From the NCBI RefSeq assembly GCF_001194135.2, contig NC_068982.1, forward strand, positions 187,582,947 through 187,644,616: 61,670 bases of DNA, read 5' to 3'. A program made the translations under genes and the position numbers. Positions 12,967 through 26,009 of the stretch are shown here, piece by piece (the stretch's first letter is position 1; each line of letters opens with the position of its first letter). The notes under the pieces were generated by a model, which worked only from the letters and a program-made list of their open reading frames with translations, did no database searches and had not been told where the DNA came from. This stretch comes from Octopus bimaculoides. Taxonomy: Eukaryota.

Positions 12967-13114
12967 GGCTAGAGTATGATAGGGAGACAGGAACAGGTGT
13001 CTGCTTGAGAAAGGCTACATGGCTACCTCGGATTATATAAGGGCAGGTGGCAGTAGCTGGAAAGAAGATGAAAATGTCAGAGTGTGCTGTCAAGGTATAG
13101 GAAGATGAGTTCAA

Positions 13115-13335
13115 CTCTTCAGTACTGAAACCAGCCATATCCAGCCCAAATATGCTACTTGCTTTATGCTCAAACCAGTCAGATCTGGTTTCTCACACCT
13201 ATGCTACAATGTCATTCTAAAAATAAGCAACCACATCATCGAAATCTTGAGGCTGCAAGATAATGCATGATTGATTCGAAACAATGTGAATAAATGAGCA
13301 TTACATTGGTCAGAGTAAATCTGAATGCTAAAGGG
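13115..13335. mobile_element. piggyBac-like MITE
   Basis: Right end gaatgctaaaggg|TTAA; degenerate left end tcaa|ctcttcagtact. Homologous over its length to 36140-36360. Confidence 0.65.
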
Positions 13336-15661
13336 TTAAAAGAGAATATGGACCGAGGGCCATGAAGGGTCAGTGGATAAGGGGATCAGAGTGTGAAAGG
13401 AGAGTAAGAGATGGGTGTAGAGGTGAATGATGTACAAAGGTGGAGGTGTGGTTGATGGTAAATATCAGTCATTGAGCAAACCAGTTCAGTTCAGTAGAGT
13501 GAAGGCATGAGGGCCATTGAGTCACCTAGAATAAAATATATAAATTGATTAACAATCACAGAGTCTGTAAACTGAATAAGTGCCAGTTGATGGCATTGTT
13601 TTAATGGTTGGCACAAATAGGAAACAACATCTCTCGATGTTGTCTTTTATTGTTCCAAAATATTTTGTAATTCATCTTCTACCATTTTCTTTCTTGCTCT
13701 CAAATACACGAAACAGATGTCAAGAACAAATGATTGTTATGTAATGTTGCAGAGGATCAGTGATGTAGTGTGGGTAAGGAGACAGGGGGGGCCACTGGCT
13801 TTGGTGTAGAATTCTTAAGGACACAAAAGTTCAAAAGAGGAATATAAAGTTGTAATAATTCTTTCTACTGTTTGGCACAAAGCCTGAAATTTTGGTGGAG
13901 TGGGTTAGTCAATTATATCCATTCTAGTACTCAACTGGTATTTATTTCATCAACTCTGAAAGGACAAAAGGCAAAGTTGACCTTTGTGGAATTTGAACTC
14001 AGAACGTTTTGAAATTCTGTGAGCATTTTGTCTGGCATGATAATGACTGTGCCAGTGTGTCGTCACCTTATATAATGTAGAAATAATTCTTTATAATTTG
14101 GCTAAAAGACCAGCAATTTTCAGAGGAATCGTGTTGATATCATTAATTGTTACTTTATTTTATTGATCCTGGAGGGGTAAAGGCTTAGCTGATTTTGGCA
14201 GGATTTGACCTCAGATTGTTAAGATTCAGGACAAGGACCTCAAAGCATTTCCCCCAATACTCTAATGATTCTGTCAACTTGCTTCCATTGGTTTCTGATT
14301 TAAGCACAAAGCCAGTTCTTTTGAGGAGTGGGAGCCAGTTGGTACCATTAATTGGTACTTTATTCAATTGACCCCAGAAGGATGAAGGACAAAGTTGACT
14401 TTGGGAGAAATTCAAACTTAGGATGTAAGCACTGGACATTTTGTCTGGCACTTGAATAATTCAGCCAGTTTACTGCTTTCTATAAAGTAGTCGAAATAAA
14501 ATGCACCCTCTTTGCAATATTTGCTGGTAACCCCTGACTATTCTGCAGAGCAGTATGATATCTATTAGAAATGTTATCACAGGATCAGAGGTGTAGGATA
14601 GATGAGGCCATTAGGGGGCTAAATTGGGTACAAAATTTTTCAGGTACCAAAATTTTCAAAATAAATAAGTAAATGTAAAGTAGCAATAATTCTTTCTAAT
14701 TTTGGCACAGGGCCCACAACTTTGAGGGGTGGGGCAAGTCGATTACATCGACCTCAGTATTTAACTGGTACTTTATTTTATCGATTAGAGGCAAAGCTAA
14801 TTTCTGCAGGATTTGGGCTCAGAACATAAAGAATTGGAAGAAATACCATTCATCATTTTGTTTGATGCGCCAACAATTCTACCAGCTTTCTGATATTAAA
14901 GAATTTAGCACATCCTCCCTGCAATGATTGCCTTACCCCCAGGGGCTGGCAAGTCGCTCTCAGCCACTGTACACCATGATATCTGCTAGAAAAAGAAAAT
15001 AACAGAAAGTGGAACAAAAAAAAAATAGTGAAATAATAATAGAAAAAAAAAAAAACTAGATAAAACAAGAAAAACAACGAAAAATATACACAAAAAAAAA
15101 AAGAAAAAATCAATTAAAGAGAGGAAGCGACAAGGAACTAAAAAATTACCGATAAATAGTTTAATATCTACAAAAAAATCGCAACGTTGTTAAAGTGGAA
15201 GAAAGATGGATTATAGGGTTTGGATTATAAAGATGGATTATCGGATTTGGATTATAAATTTGAGGGATTCTCTAAAGGGCTACGCAAATTTGATTGAATG
15301 CAAAATCAGAAAAGAGAAAGATGTGAGATCTATGAATCCCCAAAAAATGATGCTATCTGCCGTTCTAGCAGAGATTCTCTTGTGTGTGTGTGTGTGTGTT
15401 CACATGACTACATGTATATGTATATGTGGAGGTGTATGTGTGTAGGAGTGTATGTTAATGTCGGTTGGTGGAGGAGGGGGAGGAGGGAGAGGGAGGTGTT
15501 ATTATAATGAAAAAATGAATCCGGCTTGAGCTGAAAGATGACATGAGCCAAGATTTTTGTGGCCACCACCAGGTTTTGAGCAGGATGGACTGTCTTCACT
15601 CAATAACTGTTACCAACTCCTGTAATGCGTGTTTTGTGTGTGATAGGATTTTGATGGAAAT

Positions 15662-15708
15662 TTAGCTGCTCTTCTTTGCCTTCCCAGCGCGTTTCACATT
15701 TCGTCGGC
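15662..15708 (-). CDS. Small Lys-rich protein, last coding exon (GRRNVKRAGKAKKSS*)
   Basis: Acceptor ttgttttttgcag|GC. The phase-1 join to the 16939-16980 exon keeps frame and ends at TAA (15662-15664). Confidence 0.75.
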
Positions 15709-16669
15709 CTGCAAAAAACAAATTTAATGAAAAATCCATAAATATCAAACGTGAAAACAGATTTAAAAGTAAAAAATAAAGAAAGAAAGAAAAAATGAAA
15801 TAAAAATCAAGAAATTTATATTTTTCTCTCAAAAAGGAATTGAAAATATTTCTCAAGTATTGGATCATAGACTTTGATAATTCTTAGCCACTGAACTCTA
15901 TATTGTCAAATATCAACTTCATAAATGAATATTATGCACACACACACACACAAGTAATCATTGCCCACAACAATGACTTCACTTGACTCAACAGGTCTTT
16001 GTAAGTGCAGTTTATTGCCCAATGATTGAAGGGTGCCCTTAAATGGGCCGGTTATGCTGCACTGGCATAGGCCATGGTTATGGTCTCACTTGGCTTGTTG
16101 GGTCTTCTCAATCACAACATATCTCCAAAAGTCTCAGTCACTTGTCATCACCTTGGTGAGGCCCAATAGGTGATGGGCTTCTTTCAGTTTCCATCTACCA
16201 AATCCACTCATAAGGCTTTGGTTGGCCCAAGTCTATAGTAGAAGACACCTGCCCAAGGTGCCACATTTTACATAAACTCTGGGTGAGTAACTATGCAGCT
16301 CCTTTAACAAGAACCCTGCTTTACTCTGACCCCTTCTCTCATACTTCTATCCCTCATCTCATAGCATGAATCCATTCTCTGCAGGGTCATAGTCTTGCAA
16401 GTTGCATGGTGAACTCATTATTACTGGTGGCATGAAAAAAGCACCCGGTACATATTGTAAAGGGGTTGATGCTAGGAAGGGCATCCAGTCATAGAATCTA
16501 TCCCATGTGGTCCACAGACTTGTCAAATATCATCTAAAGTATTTTTCATTTTTGTTTAAAAGTAGATTGACTGTAATTTGAGGGATATTTATCTGTTAAT
16601 TCTAGCATGATAAACAACCATTTAGAGGTCCCTTCCCCATTTGTTGGCTTGAAGAAATTCTGTATCTAG

Positions 16670-16900
16670 TTCTTATTTCTTTATTGCCCAAAAGGGGCTA
16701 AATATAGAGGGGACAAACAAGGACAGACAAAGGGATTAAGTCGATTACATCGACCCCAGTGCGTAACTGGTACTTAATTTATCGAGCCTGAAAGGATGAA
16801 AGGCAAAGTCGACCTCGGCGGAATTTGAACTCAGAACGTAACGGCAGACAAAATACCGCTAAGCATTTTGCCCGGCGTGCTAACGTTTCTGCCAGCTCGA
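16670..16900 (-). mobile_element. SINE family B, young copy
   Basis: gagctggcagaaacgttagcacgccgggc...gagttcaaattccgccgaggtcgactttgcctttcatcctttc...gataaattaagtaccagttacgcactggggtcgatgtaatcgac. About 20 pieces in the window, e.g. 23358-23575, 23620-23820, 24000-24205, 31685-31905, 36815-37033, 48805-49030, 54454-54668, 56470-56695 and 57715-57850. Confidence 0.85.
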
Positions 16901-16938
16901 GGCCTTCTGCATCTAGTTCTTGTCCGTCAAATACTTAC

Positions 16939-16980
16939 CCTTCTTCTTGCTTTTCTTTGCAGGTTTCTTTGGAGGTGGTG
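16939..16980 (-). CDS. Small Lys-rich protein, middle coding exon (APPPKKPAKKSKKK)
   Basis: 42-nt symmetric phase-1/1 exon with a long polypyrimidine tract ...tttaacttttccag| and donor AAGG|gtaagt. Confidence 0.78.
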
Positions 16981-17878
16981 CTGGAAAAGTTAAAAGAAAA
17001 AGAAAAAGAAAAANNNNNNNNNNNNNNNNNNNNNNNNNNNNNNNNNNNNNNNNNNNNTTTACAAATACTGAACTTAGACATTAAAAACAGGAGATTCTGA
17101 AGAAATAGCCATGGAATTCTGTAACTGGCCTCAAAGACTCTTGTGTTTTGATAAAGTCTATAATATTTCTTAACATCTTGTTGAAAATTTTTTTAATCAA
17201 AGTGACTGTGTGGTAAGAAGCTTGCTTCCCAACCACATGGTTCTGGGTTCAGTCCCACTGTGTGACACCTTGGGCAAGTGTCTTCTGCTATAGCCCTGGC
17301 CTGACCAAAGCCTTGTGAGTGGATTTAGAAGATAGAAACTGGAAGAAGCCAGTCATATATATATATATATAAAAATGTATTTGTGTGTGTTTGTCCTCTA
17401 CCACCACTTGATAATCGATGTTGGTGTGTTTATGTCCCCGTAATTTAGTGGTTTGGCAAAAGAGACCAACAAAATAAACACCAGGCTTTAACAAAAATAT
17501 GTACTAGTGTTGTTGTTCAACTAAAATTCTTCAAAGTGGTGCCCCAGCATGGCTGCAATCCAATGACTGAAGCCAGTAAAAAAACAGATAGTGTTGAAAA
17601 TTTTCTAAGTCAAAAGCCCAGTCTTATGATAATCCATTTACAGAGTAGAAATGAATACTAGAAGATGGGATTTGAGTCGTGTCTCAACAATTCTCAATGA
17701 CATTAATAAAAATATGCAGTGGCGGCACCCCATAAAAAGCACCTGGTTCACTCTGTAATGTGATTGGCTTTAGGAAGGGAATCCAGTCGTAGAAACCATG
17801 TCAAAACAGACAACTGGAGCCTGGTTCAGCTCCTGTCAAACCGTCCAACCCATGCCAGCATAGAAAAACAGACATTAA

Positions 17879-18782
17879 ATCATCATCATCATCATCATCC
17901 CCGTCGTCGTTTAACGTCCGTTTTCCATGCTGGCATGGGTTGGACGGTTTGACTGAGGGCTGGCAAACCAGGAGGTTGTGCCAGGCTCCAATCTGATCTG
18001 GTAAAGTTTCTACAGCTGGATGCCCTTCCTAATGCCAACCACTCCGAGAGTATAGTGTGTAGTGGGTGTTTTTTACGTGCTACCAGCACAAAGGCTAGAC
18101 AGGCGGTACTGGTTTTGACCAGCTATAAGAACATAGTCAGCAGGGTAGAGGAGCTCCCAAGGGCAGCCAGTCTTAAATTCTTCTGTTGTAGCCTGGAGGA
18201 CAATGATAAACATGAGGGGGCCCGAGAACTGATCCTTAGTGAACTCCTGCCTGTACACTGAATTCATTGCCATACTCGTTACCAACATTCACCTTACTGA
18301 CAGCATCCCTGTACAGGGCTTGTATGGCTCTCACCATCCACAGCTCTTGTATTGACCATCAGATAAGGGAGCAGAGGACCCTGTCAAAGGTTTTCTCCAT
18401 GTTGACAAAAGCCAAATACAGAGGTTTATTTTTGGTAAACTGCTTCTCCTAGAGTTACCTCACCAGGAAGATAGCATCAGTAGTGCTTTGACCTGGTTCC
18501 AAACCGCCCCTCTCCTCCTTATAAGCAGAGTCATGACCCTATCCGTAACTGTCATCACCTGGTCCAACAATTTGATACTTCTGTAATTATTTCTGTCTAA
18601 GGCATCACTTTTACCTTTGTAGCAGTTGACTATAATGCTGCTACACCAGCCACTGGGTATGACTCCTTCGTTAACCACTTGATTAACTCTACAGGTGACT
18701 AGACCATATCCTATTACACCAGATATCTTAAGCATTTCAGCAGTGATTCCTGGGGGGCCACGGTCTTTTCCCAAACCCAAGC
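17879..18782 (-). mobile_element. RTE-like LINE fragment plus family E tail
   Basis: GITAEMLKISGVIGYGLVT, CYKGKSDALDRNNYRSIKLL, FVNMEKTFDRVL and TGCPWELLY, same family as 2215-4130. Adjacent tail with (GAT)n at 17879-18095. Confidence 0.8.
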
Positions 18783-19029
18783 ATGTTTATTTGTTTGTTT
18801 GTATCATTACCTCCATATCAGCTCACTGGGATTCCTCTTACAGCTACTCTTTGACCCATGAACTCAGCCTTCAGTAAATATTTCGATGTGGAAGTTCAAA
18901 TTATTTGAGTGCTACTAAATGTTTCCTTCATTGAGCAACTCTGCATCCCTCCTTTCGACACTCTCTCTCTTACATACATATCACCATCATCATCTTCTTT
19001 CGTCTCTCTCTCTGTCTTACATATATACA

Positions 19030-19410
19030 TGCATATCATCATCATCATCGTTTTAATGTCTGTTTTCCATGTTGGCATGGGTTGAGTGAAGACTGGCAAG
19101 CCAGGAGGCTGCACCAGGCTCCAATCTGATCTGGTAATGTTTCTATAGCTGGATGCCATTCCTAACACCAATCACTCCGAGACTGTAGTGGATGCTTTTT
19201 ACATGCCACCAGCACAAGAGCCAGTCAGGCGGCACTGGCATTGACTACACATGGATGGTACTTTTCATGAGCCACTGGCACAAGAGCCAGTCGAGGGAGC
19301 TGGCATCAACCATGTTCGGATGTGCTTTACACGTGCCACTGGCACAGGAGCCAGTTGGACCGAGGGGGCTAGCATTGACCACATTCTGATGGTGCTTTTT
19401 AAGTGCCACC
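19030..19410 (-). repeat. Family E element with about three diverged 66-bp-type units
   Basis: (cat)n...tttccatgttggcatgggttg...ctggatgccattcctaacaccaatcactcc...gtgctttttacatgccacc...ggcactggcattgac repeats. Confidence 0.75.
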
Positions 19411-19425
19411 AGTACATTATTTACA

Positions 19426-19688
19426 TGCCCACGGGCATATGGCGTAGTGGTTAAGAGTGCGGGCTACTAACCCTAAGATTCTGAGTTCGATTCTAGGCAG
19501 TGACCTGAATAATAATAATAATAATAATAATAACATCGAAAAATACCTTAGGAATGAGAACCCAGGTTTGAAATTTCCCCAAGACACATGATGAAGGCTG
19601 GCAGGTATGTCAGCCGAAATATTGTGTTAACAATAAACAAGATGAGGACAAATATCCGTCAAATGTAAATAATCTAAATAATGTACAT
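19426..19688 (+). mobile_element. Family D element, copy 2 (complete head to tail)
   Basis: A box tggcgtagtgg, B box gagttcgattc, (AAT)n, body, decayed hammerhead (atgatga; gaaatatt) and tail aatgtaaataat. Confidence 0.85.
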
Positions 19689-20583
19689 TACAAGCTATTA
19701 TTCATAGCTAAATTTACATTCATGATTCATCATGAATAGATAATTTATTTTCATATTTCTTGATGTTTCTAAAATTCCATTCCAAACGGAAATAAATATC
19801 ACATATCAACAATTCTTTGCTGGTGAGAATAAAGTTTTTATAAAGGATAGAGAAATTCCAAGGATTGTTTTTGGTCCAATGGAAGACCATCTGTCATGAC
19901 TGCAGAATGTAAAGGTTAGAGTTCTATTAGCAGCCTTTGAATTTTTCTATCCAAAGGTTTTTTTTTAAAACCAAAAAACACACTTGCTAGTGTTTATAGC
20001 TTTTCTGCTTCAAATTCACCTGTTCATAAGAAATTATCTCATGCCCTCACTTTCTAAATTCGTATAATGTTAATAACCCCCTGCTTAGTGCTGTTGCCCC
20101 ATATTTTGTTCATGGTGAGCCACCAGTCATTGCACGATGACGGGAATATCATAAGGGGGGACATGCCTTTTGTGTCAGTTCGCAGTGTCTACCTTTCTGG
20201 TCTCTGCTGCTGAAGAGAAGATAACTACTCTGAAATGCCTGCATCCCACACCCTTGTTAGGGGTCGATGTGAGCTGACCCAGGGCAGTTATACTTTATCT
20301 GTCAATGTTCTCCATCACAAAATACACTGAAAGGGTTTCTTACAGGTCCAAATATGCCCCAACCGTATTTGAACGGGTAACCTGTTTGTATTGTGTATCA
20401 TATATGCATGTACACACACACACAAGGACACACAGACATATACACCGACACACGTATACACACATGGATAAACACGTACACACACATGGACATACAAAGA
20501 CACACGTACACACATGGATACAGACATACACACCAACACACAAAGACACGTATACACACACACTTGCACAGGTAGACTATTAC

Positions 20584-20719
20584 CTTCATTAGACTTTGCA
20601 TCTTCCTCCTGGGCTGGAGCATCTCCAGGTGATTTACTCTCTTTGTCTTCCTTGCCCTCTACAGGTTCAGCAGCTGGTGTATCAGCTTTCTTGGCTGTCT
20701 TATTCTTTGCAGCTGCCAT
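20584..20719 (-). CDS. Small Lys-rich protein, first coding exon (MAAAKNKTAKKADTPAAEPVEGKEDKESKSPGDAPAQEEDAKSNE)
   Basis: Acceptor ttctttcatctcag|A ATG G; phase-1 donor GAA G|gtaata. The other two frames contain stops. It splices in frame to the two downstream exons, giving 74 aa. Confidence 0.78.
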
Positions 20720-21416
20720 TCTGAGATGAAAGAATCAAGTGAAGAATAGAAAACCTGCAAAAGTACAAAAAAAAAACCAAAAAAACGGTGAGATGGAATG
20801 GTAAGAGGTGTTTGTTTATTTACTGTTGTGGCAGAGCAAAACAGCTCTGATTCTAGCTTACTACTGTTACCGTGTACTATTACGCATGCACAGGTGTGGG
20901 TGTGTGGTAAGATGTTTGCTTCCCAGCCACAGGGGTCTGGGTTCAATCCTACTGTGTGTCACCTTAAGTAAGTGTCTTCTACTATAGCTCCAGGCTGACC
21001 AAAACCTTGTGACTGGATTTGGTAGATGGAAATCAACTCTAGAAATTATTTTGTTTTGAAATCTGTTTTTTTTTTTTTATTCATCTCCATTGCTGAAGGT
21101 CTAAATTATGGGGGATGTAAACAAACCAACACCAGTTGTGATGTGGTGGTGGGGAGACAAACACACACACACACACAGATAAACATACATATATGTATAT
21201 ATGTCTTTTACTTGTTTCAGTCATTTGACTGTGGCCATGTTGGAGCATTGCCTTTAGTTGAATAAATTGACCCCAGGACATACTCTTTGTAAACCTAGTA
21301 CTTATTCTATCGGTCTCTTTTGCTGAACTGCTAAGTTACAAGGACATAAACACACCAACATCGGTTGTCAAGCAATGGTGTGGGGGACAAACACAGACAC
21401 AGAAATACATACATAC

Positions 21417-21484
<68 letters not shown>

Positions 21485-23571
21485 GATGAGCTTCTTTCAG
21501 TTTCCGTCTACCAAATCCACTCACAAGGCTTTGATCGGCCCAAGGGTCCAATAGAAGACACTTGCCCAAGGTGCCACACAGTGGGACTGAACCTGAAACC
21601 CTATGTCTGCATAAGAAACTGCTGCAACTACGTAGGCAGTTATTTTTGTTGGTTAGTAATTCTACAAATGTCATAATGGTGGGCAAATATTATAAATTGT
21701 TAACGAGTCAAAAAAAATGCATAGGAGCCTTCAGGTTCTCTATGTTCTGACCCTCCATCCGTTCAGGGGCAATAAAACAGGTACCAGTTGAATACTGGGA
21801 TAAAAAAAAAAAACTGACCTACTCCTCCCCTAGTGCCAAAATTTGGAGTAATTATTTAAGGCAGCAAGCTGGCAGAGGTGTTAGTGTGTTGGATGGAATG
21901 CTCAGTGGCATTTCTTGTAGCTCTTTGCATTCCAAATTCCTTTGGACTCTTTTGTTCTTTTGGGTTTGTAAAATAAAATTCCAGTTGAACTCTGGGATTG
22001 ATGTAATTGGCTTATTCATTCCCTTGGAATTGCTGGTCTTGCTTGTGCTTGTGGTATGGAGAAAAGATTGTAATGTAATTCACCTGTCTCATGGGTCCTC
22101 TTGTAACGTCCAATCAAATATTGGAGTATATCCAGAGGAGCCGTACCCACCTAACCTCTGGCCAGAGCCTTATTGCAAATTCCCTCAACTGATGTGGCCA
22201 CCACGTCTGTCTAGAGAACCATCCCCAAAGTAAAAAGGGCCCACATTAGTGCTCCTTCTGCTCACATGACCTCCCTTGCTCCTCTCCTTCTGGCAAGGCC
22301 CCTTGGTTGTTTGTGTGACATCACTGACCCAATACTTCTGACACAACTCAGCCTCACAGAGCCAAGATTTGGAACCATTATAAATTGTGATTAAGATTTG
22401 GTGGAAGATTTTAATTCAAAACTTATGAAAACAAGGCATTTGTACTCAGAGCCAAAGCCAGTTTCAGCCGGGTTGGTAATGAAAGGGTTAAAACCAAAAA
22501 TTCAGACTGTCCATATTTAAAACTGTGATTTAAAAAAAAACTTTTCATAGTTGTATGAATTCCTTTGAACAGAACACAAATTCCCAAAGATTTTCTGAAA
22601 ATTCCCAAAAATAAAAAAGTCATGAGAGGTTATTGCAGAATTCCACCCCAAATCCTACTGTGGCTAACCTTACCTTTCATCCCACTGGGGTTAATAAAGT
22701 ACAAATCAGGTAATGGGATTTAAGGGATCAACTAATCCCTTCTTTCATAATCCCTGATCTTGTGCCTAAATTAGAAACTGTTATTATGATTATTCTAATT
22801 AGGTTAGTACAACATAGTAAGTTAGTATCATTTCAGGATTAATTCAGAGTACCATATGAAGGAACATGGCCTAGTGGGTAGGGATGTTGTGCTTACAACC
22901 ATAAAGAGACTGGCTCAATTCTTGGACTGGGCAGTGTATTGTCTCCTTGAGCAAGGCACTTCATTTCACTCTGATTCAGTCTTCTCAATTGTAAAGGAGT
23001 ACTTACTAAGCTGTTATGCAGTTTTTTCCTTTCCTTCAACTGTTGCATTGTGGGTGCACTGCCGAGTCAACAATGGGAGGACACAAGAGCATGTCTGTGT
23101 CTATTCATGGCTACACAGGCACCTAAAGCAGTTAGTGAGAACATGGTACACATTCCCAACTCTCACTCACTCACAAGTGATGGCCATGTTTCTTCACGCT
23201 TTATATACACACAAATATATATATATAAACTCTATACAAGGTCTGATCACATTATCTTTTCTTTTTTTCTCTTTTTCTCCAAAATCCTCTCCTTCAAACA
23301 CTCAAGTCAAAATTGACAGGAGTCGTCGTCGTCTTCATCATCATCATCATCATTATTAAGGCAGTAAGCTGGTCGAATTGTTAGCACGCCGGGCGAAAAG
23401 CTTAGCAGTATTTCGTCTGCCACTATGTTCTGAGTTCAAATTCTGCTGGAGTTGACTTTGCCTTTCATCCTTTTGGGGTTGATAAATTAATTACTATTGA
23501 AACACTGGGGGTCAGTGTAATTGACTAGTCCCCTTCCCCCAAATTTCAGGCCTGTGCCTATAGTAGAAAGG

Positions 23572-23618
<47 letters not shown>

Positions 23619-24458
23619 AGTGGTGAACTGGCAGAATCGTTAGCATGCTTAACAGTATTTCGTCTGCAGCTATGTTCTGAGTTCAAATTCCGCCGAGGTC
23701 GACTTTGCCTTTCATCCTTTCAGGGTTGATAAATTAAGTACCAGTTACACACTGGGGTCGATCTAATTGACTCAATCCCTTCCCCAAATTTGAGGCCTCA
23801 TGCTTCCAGTAGAAAGGATTATTATTATTATTATGAAATAGAAAGATCTTAAGTGGCATTTCTTCTGGCCCTTTACATTCTGAGCTCAAATTCCACCGAG
23901 GTCAACACTGCTTTTCATCCTTCTGGGGTCAATCTAATTGACCGACTCACTCCCCTCAAAACCAGTGGTCTTGTTTCAAAAATTAGAGAGCATTAATATT
24001 ATTCTTTTCTACTCTAGGCAAAAGGCCCAAAATTTTTGGGGAGGGGGCCAGTCAATTAGATCGACCCTAGTACTCAACTGGTACTTAATTTATTGACCCT
24101 GAAAGGATGAAAGGTAAAGTTGACCTCAGTGGAATTTGAACTCAGAACATAAAGACATGAAAAACCACTAAGCATTTCACCTGGTGTGCTAACGTTTCTG
24201 CCAGCTGGCCCCCTTAAAGTGTTAATATTATTATGTTTTGGTTCTTGTGGTGAGTTGGCAAAATGGTTAGCACATTGGCCAAAATGCTTAGCTCTTTCGA
24301 TTTTGTGTTCAAATAGAGTTGAGGTCAACTTAGCTTTCCATTCTTTTAAAGTCAAGAAAATAAAGTACCAGTCAAATATTCAGGATGATGTAATCAACTA
24401 ATCTCCACACCCTCAAATTGCTGGCATTGTGCCAAATTTTGAAACTATTATTATTGTT

Positions 24459-24696
24459 CATTATTTACATTATTTACATTTGATGGATATTTGTCCTCAT
24501 CTTGTTTGTTGTTAACACAACATTTCGGCTGATATACCCTCCAGCCTTCATTAGGTGTCTTGGGGAAATTTCGAACCTCGGTTCTCATTCCTAAGAAACA
24601 TTGTATTAACAACAAACAAGATGAGGATAAATATCCATCAAATGTAAATAATATAAATAATGTACATAATTCCTCATCGCTCAAATATAGAACTGT
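24459..24696. mobile_element. Family D, head-to-head inverted pair
   Basis: A minus-strand 3' part (24595 to 24459) abuts a plus-strand 3' part that starts at the hammerhead GAAA and carries the extended tail to 24696. Confidence 0.85.
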
Positions 24697-26009
24697 ATTA
24701 TTATTGTTGTTATTATGTATCTGTACTTTGTCTTTCATTCTTCCAGGGTTAAAATAAAGTACCCATCAGAGCACTTGGGTTGATTTACTTGAATAATTTC
24801 CTCCCTTCCTTGAAAGCTGCCGCTCCCTTGTACTTGACCGAAATTTTGGAAATTATTATAAATATTATTATTATTGTTTGTCTAATTGTGAATTGGCAGA
24901 ATTGTAGAATGTTTAGACAAAATGTGAGGTATTTGTCTTGATTCCTTAGGTCCCGAGTTCAAATCCTACCAGGGTAGAGGATGAGCAGAACTAGAATTGT
25001 TAGAGCATCAAACAAAATACTTTGTATGATATTTATTTTGATTATTTTCATTCTACATGTCTCATAGATCCGCAGTGACATTCCTGGACATCACATGTCT
25101 GCTTGACCACTCAGGGCTGGCTTTCCTTTGCACGACCCTTAATGAATTTCAGTGAATCGTTAAAACTTGCTGGTTACCTTCTCCCTAGTCTAGCTGTTTC
25201 CTAGTGCTATTAGCCCCGAGGTGGCTTAATCCCATACACGGTTTGTTCCAAAAGTAGCAGAATGATAGAATTGGTAGAGAATTGGACACAATGCTGTCTG
25301 GTATTAAACTTTTTGTTACCATACTTCTATTGAAAAGCACTGAATTTCTTTCAATTAATTTTGAAAATAATTGAGACTTTAATAAAATGACTTTGTCATT
25401 TTTAAGCGTAGGTTATAAAAAGATTTTGATGGAAGTTTTTAATCTAAATCACTTGAATCCTTTTGTTGCTATATTTCTGTTGAAATTCACTGTCTGTTTT
25501 AGTTAATTTTAAAAATAACGAAGAATTTATTTACCTAAATATAATTATAAGTTTTCACCGTATATTTATTATAGAAAATAGTCTAATATTAGGGCATATA
25601 AATTCCCATAATGGAAAAAGTGGGCAAACACCCATTTTTTTCTTACTTCTGTTATGGTGGTTTATATACTCTAATATTAAACTGTTTTTTTATTGTCAAT
25701 ATATGGTGAAAATTTATATTATTTACTAAATCTTCACTTGTCACTGTTTTCTAATTCATGCAGAATTTGCACATTTAGAAGATAATGTGGTAGAGAGATT
25801 CATTATCCATATTTTCTTATACCATCCTATTTAGTATGTGTCCCTTTTCCAGCTATTCATATGGACTAGTGCCCCTTATATTAAATTTTTATTGAAAATA
25901 CTAAAGGCAAGGATTTGCATAATGAAATTATACTGGACTTTGGCACCCTCATGTTTCCTGCTCACTGATAGACATGATATCCTTTTCCTATTTGGACAAA
26001 GAGGAAAAC

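Noticed and set aside
15206-15265. 27-bp two-copy repeat giving ORF MDYRVWIIKMDYRIWII
   Set aside because: A simple local duplication in the probable 3'UTR, in the opposite orientation to the gene.
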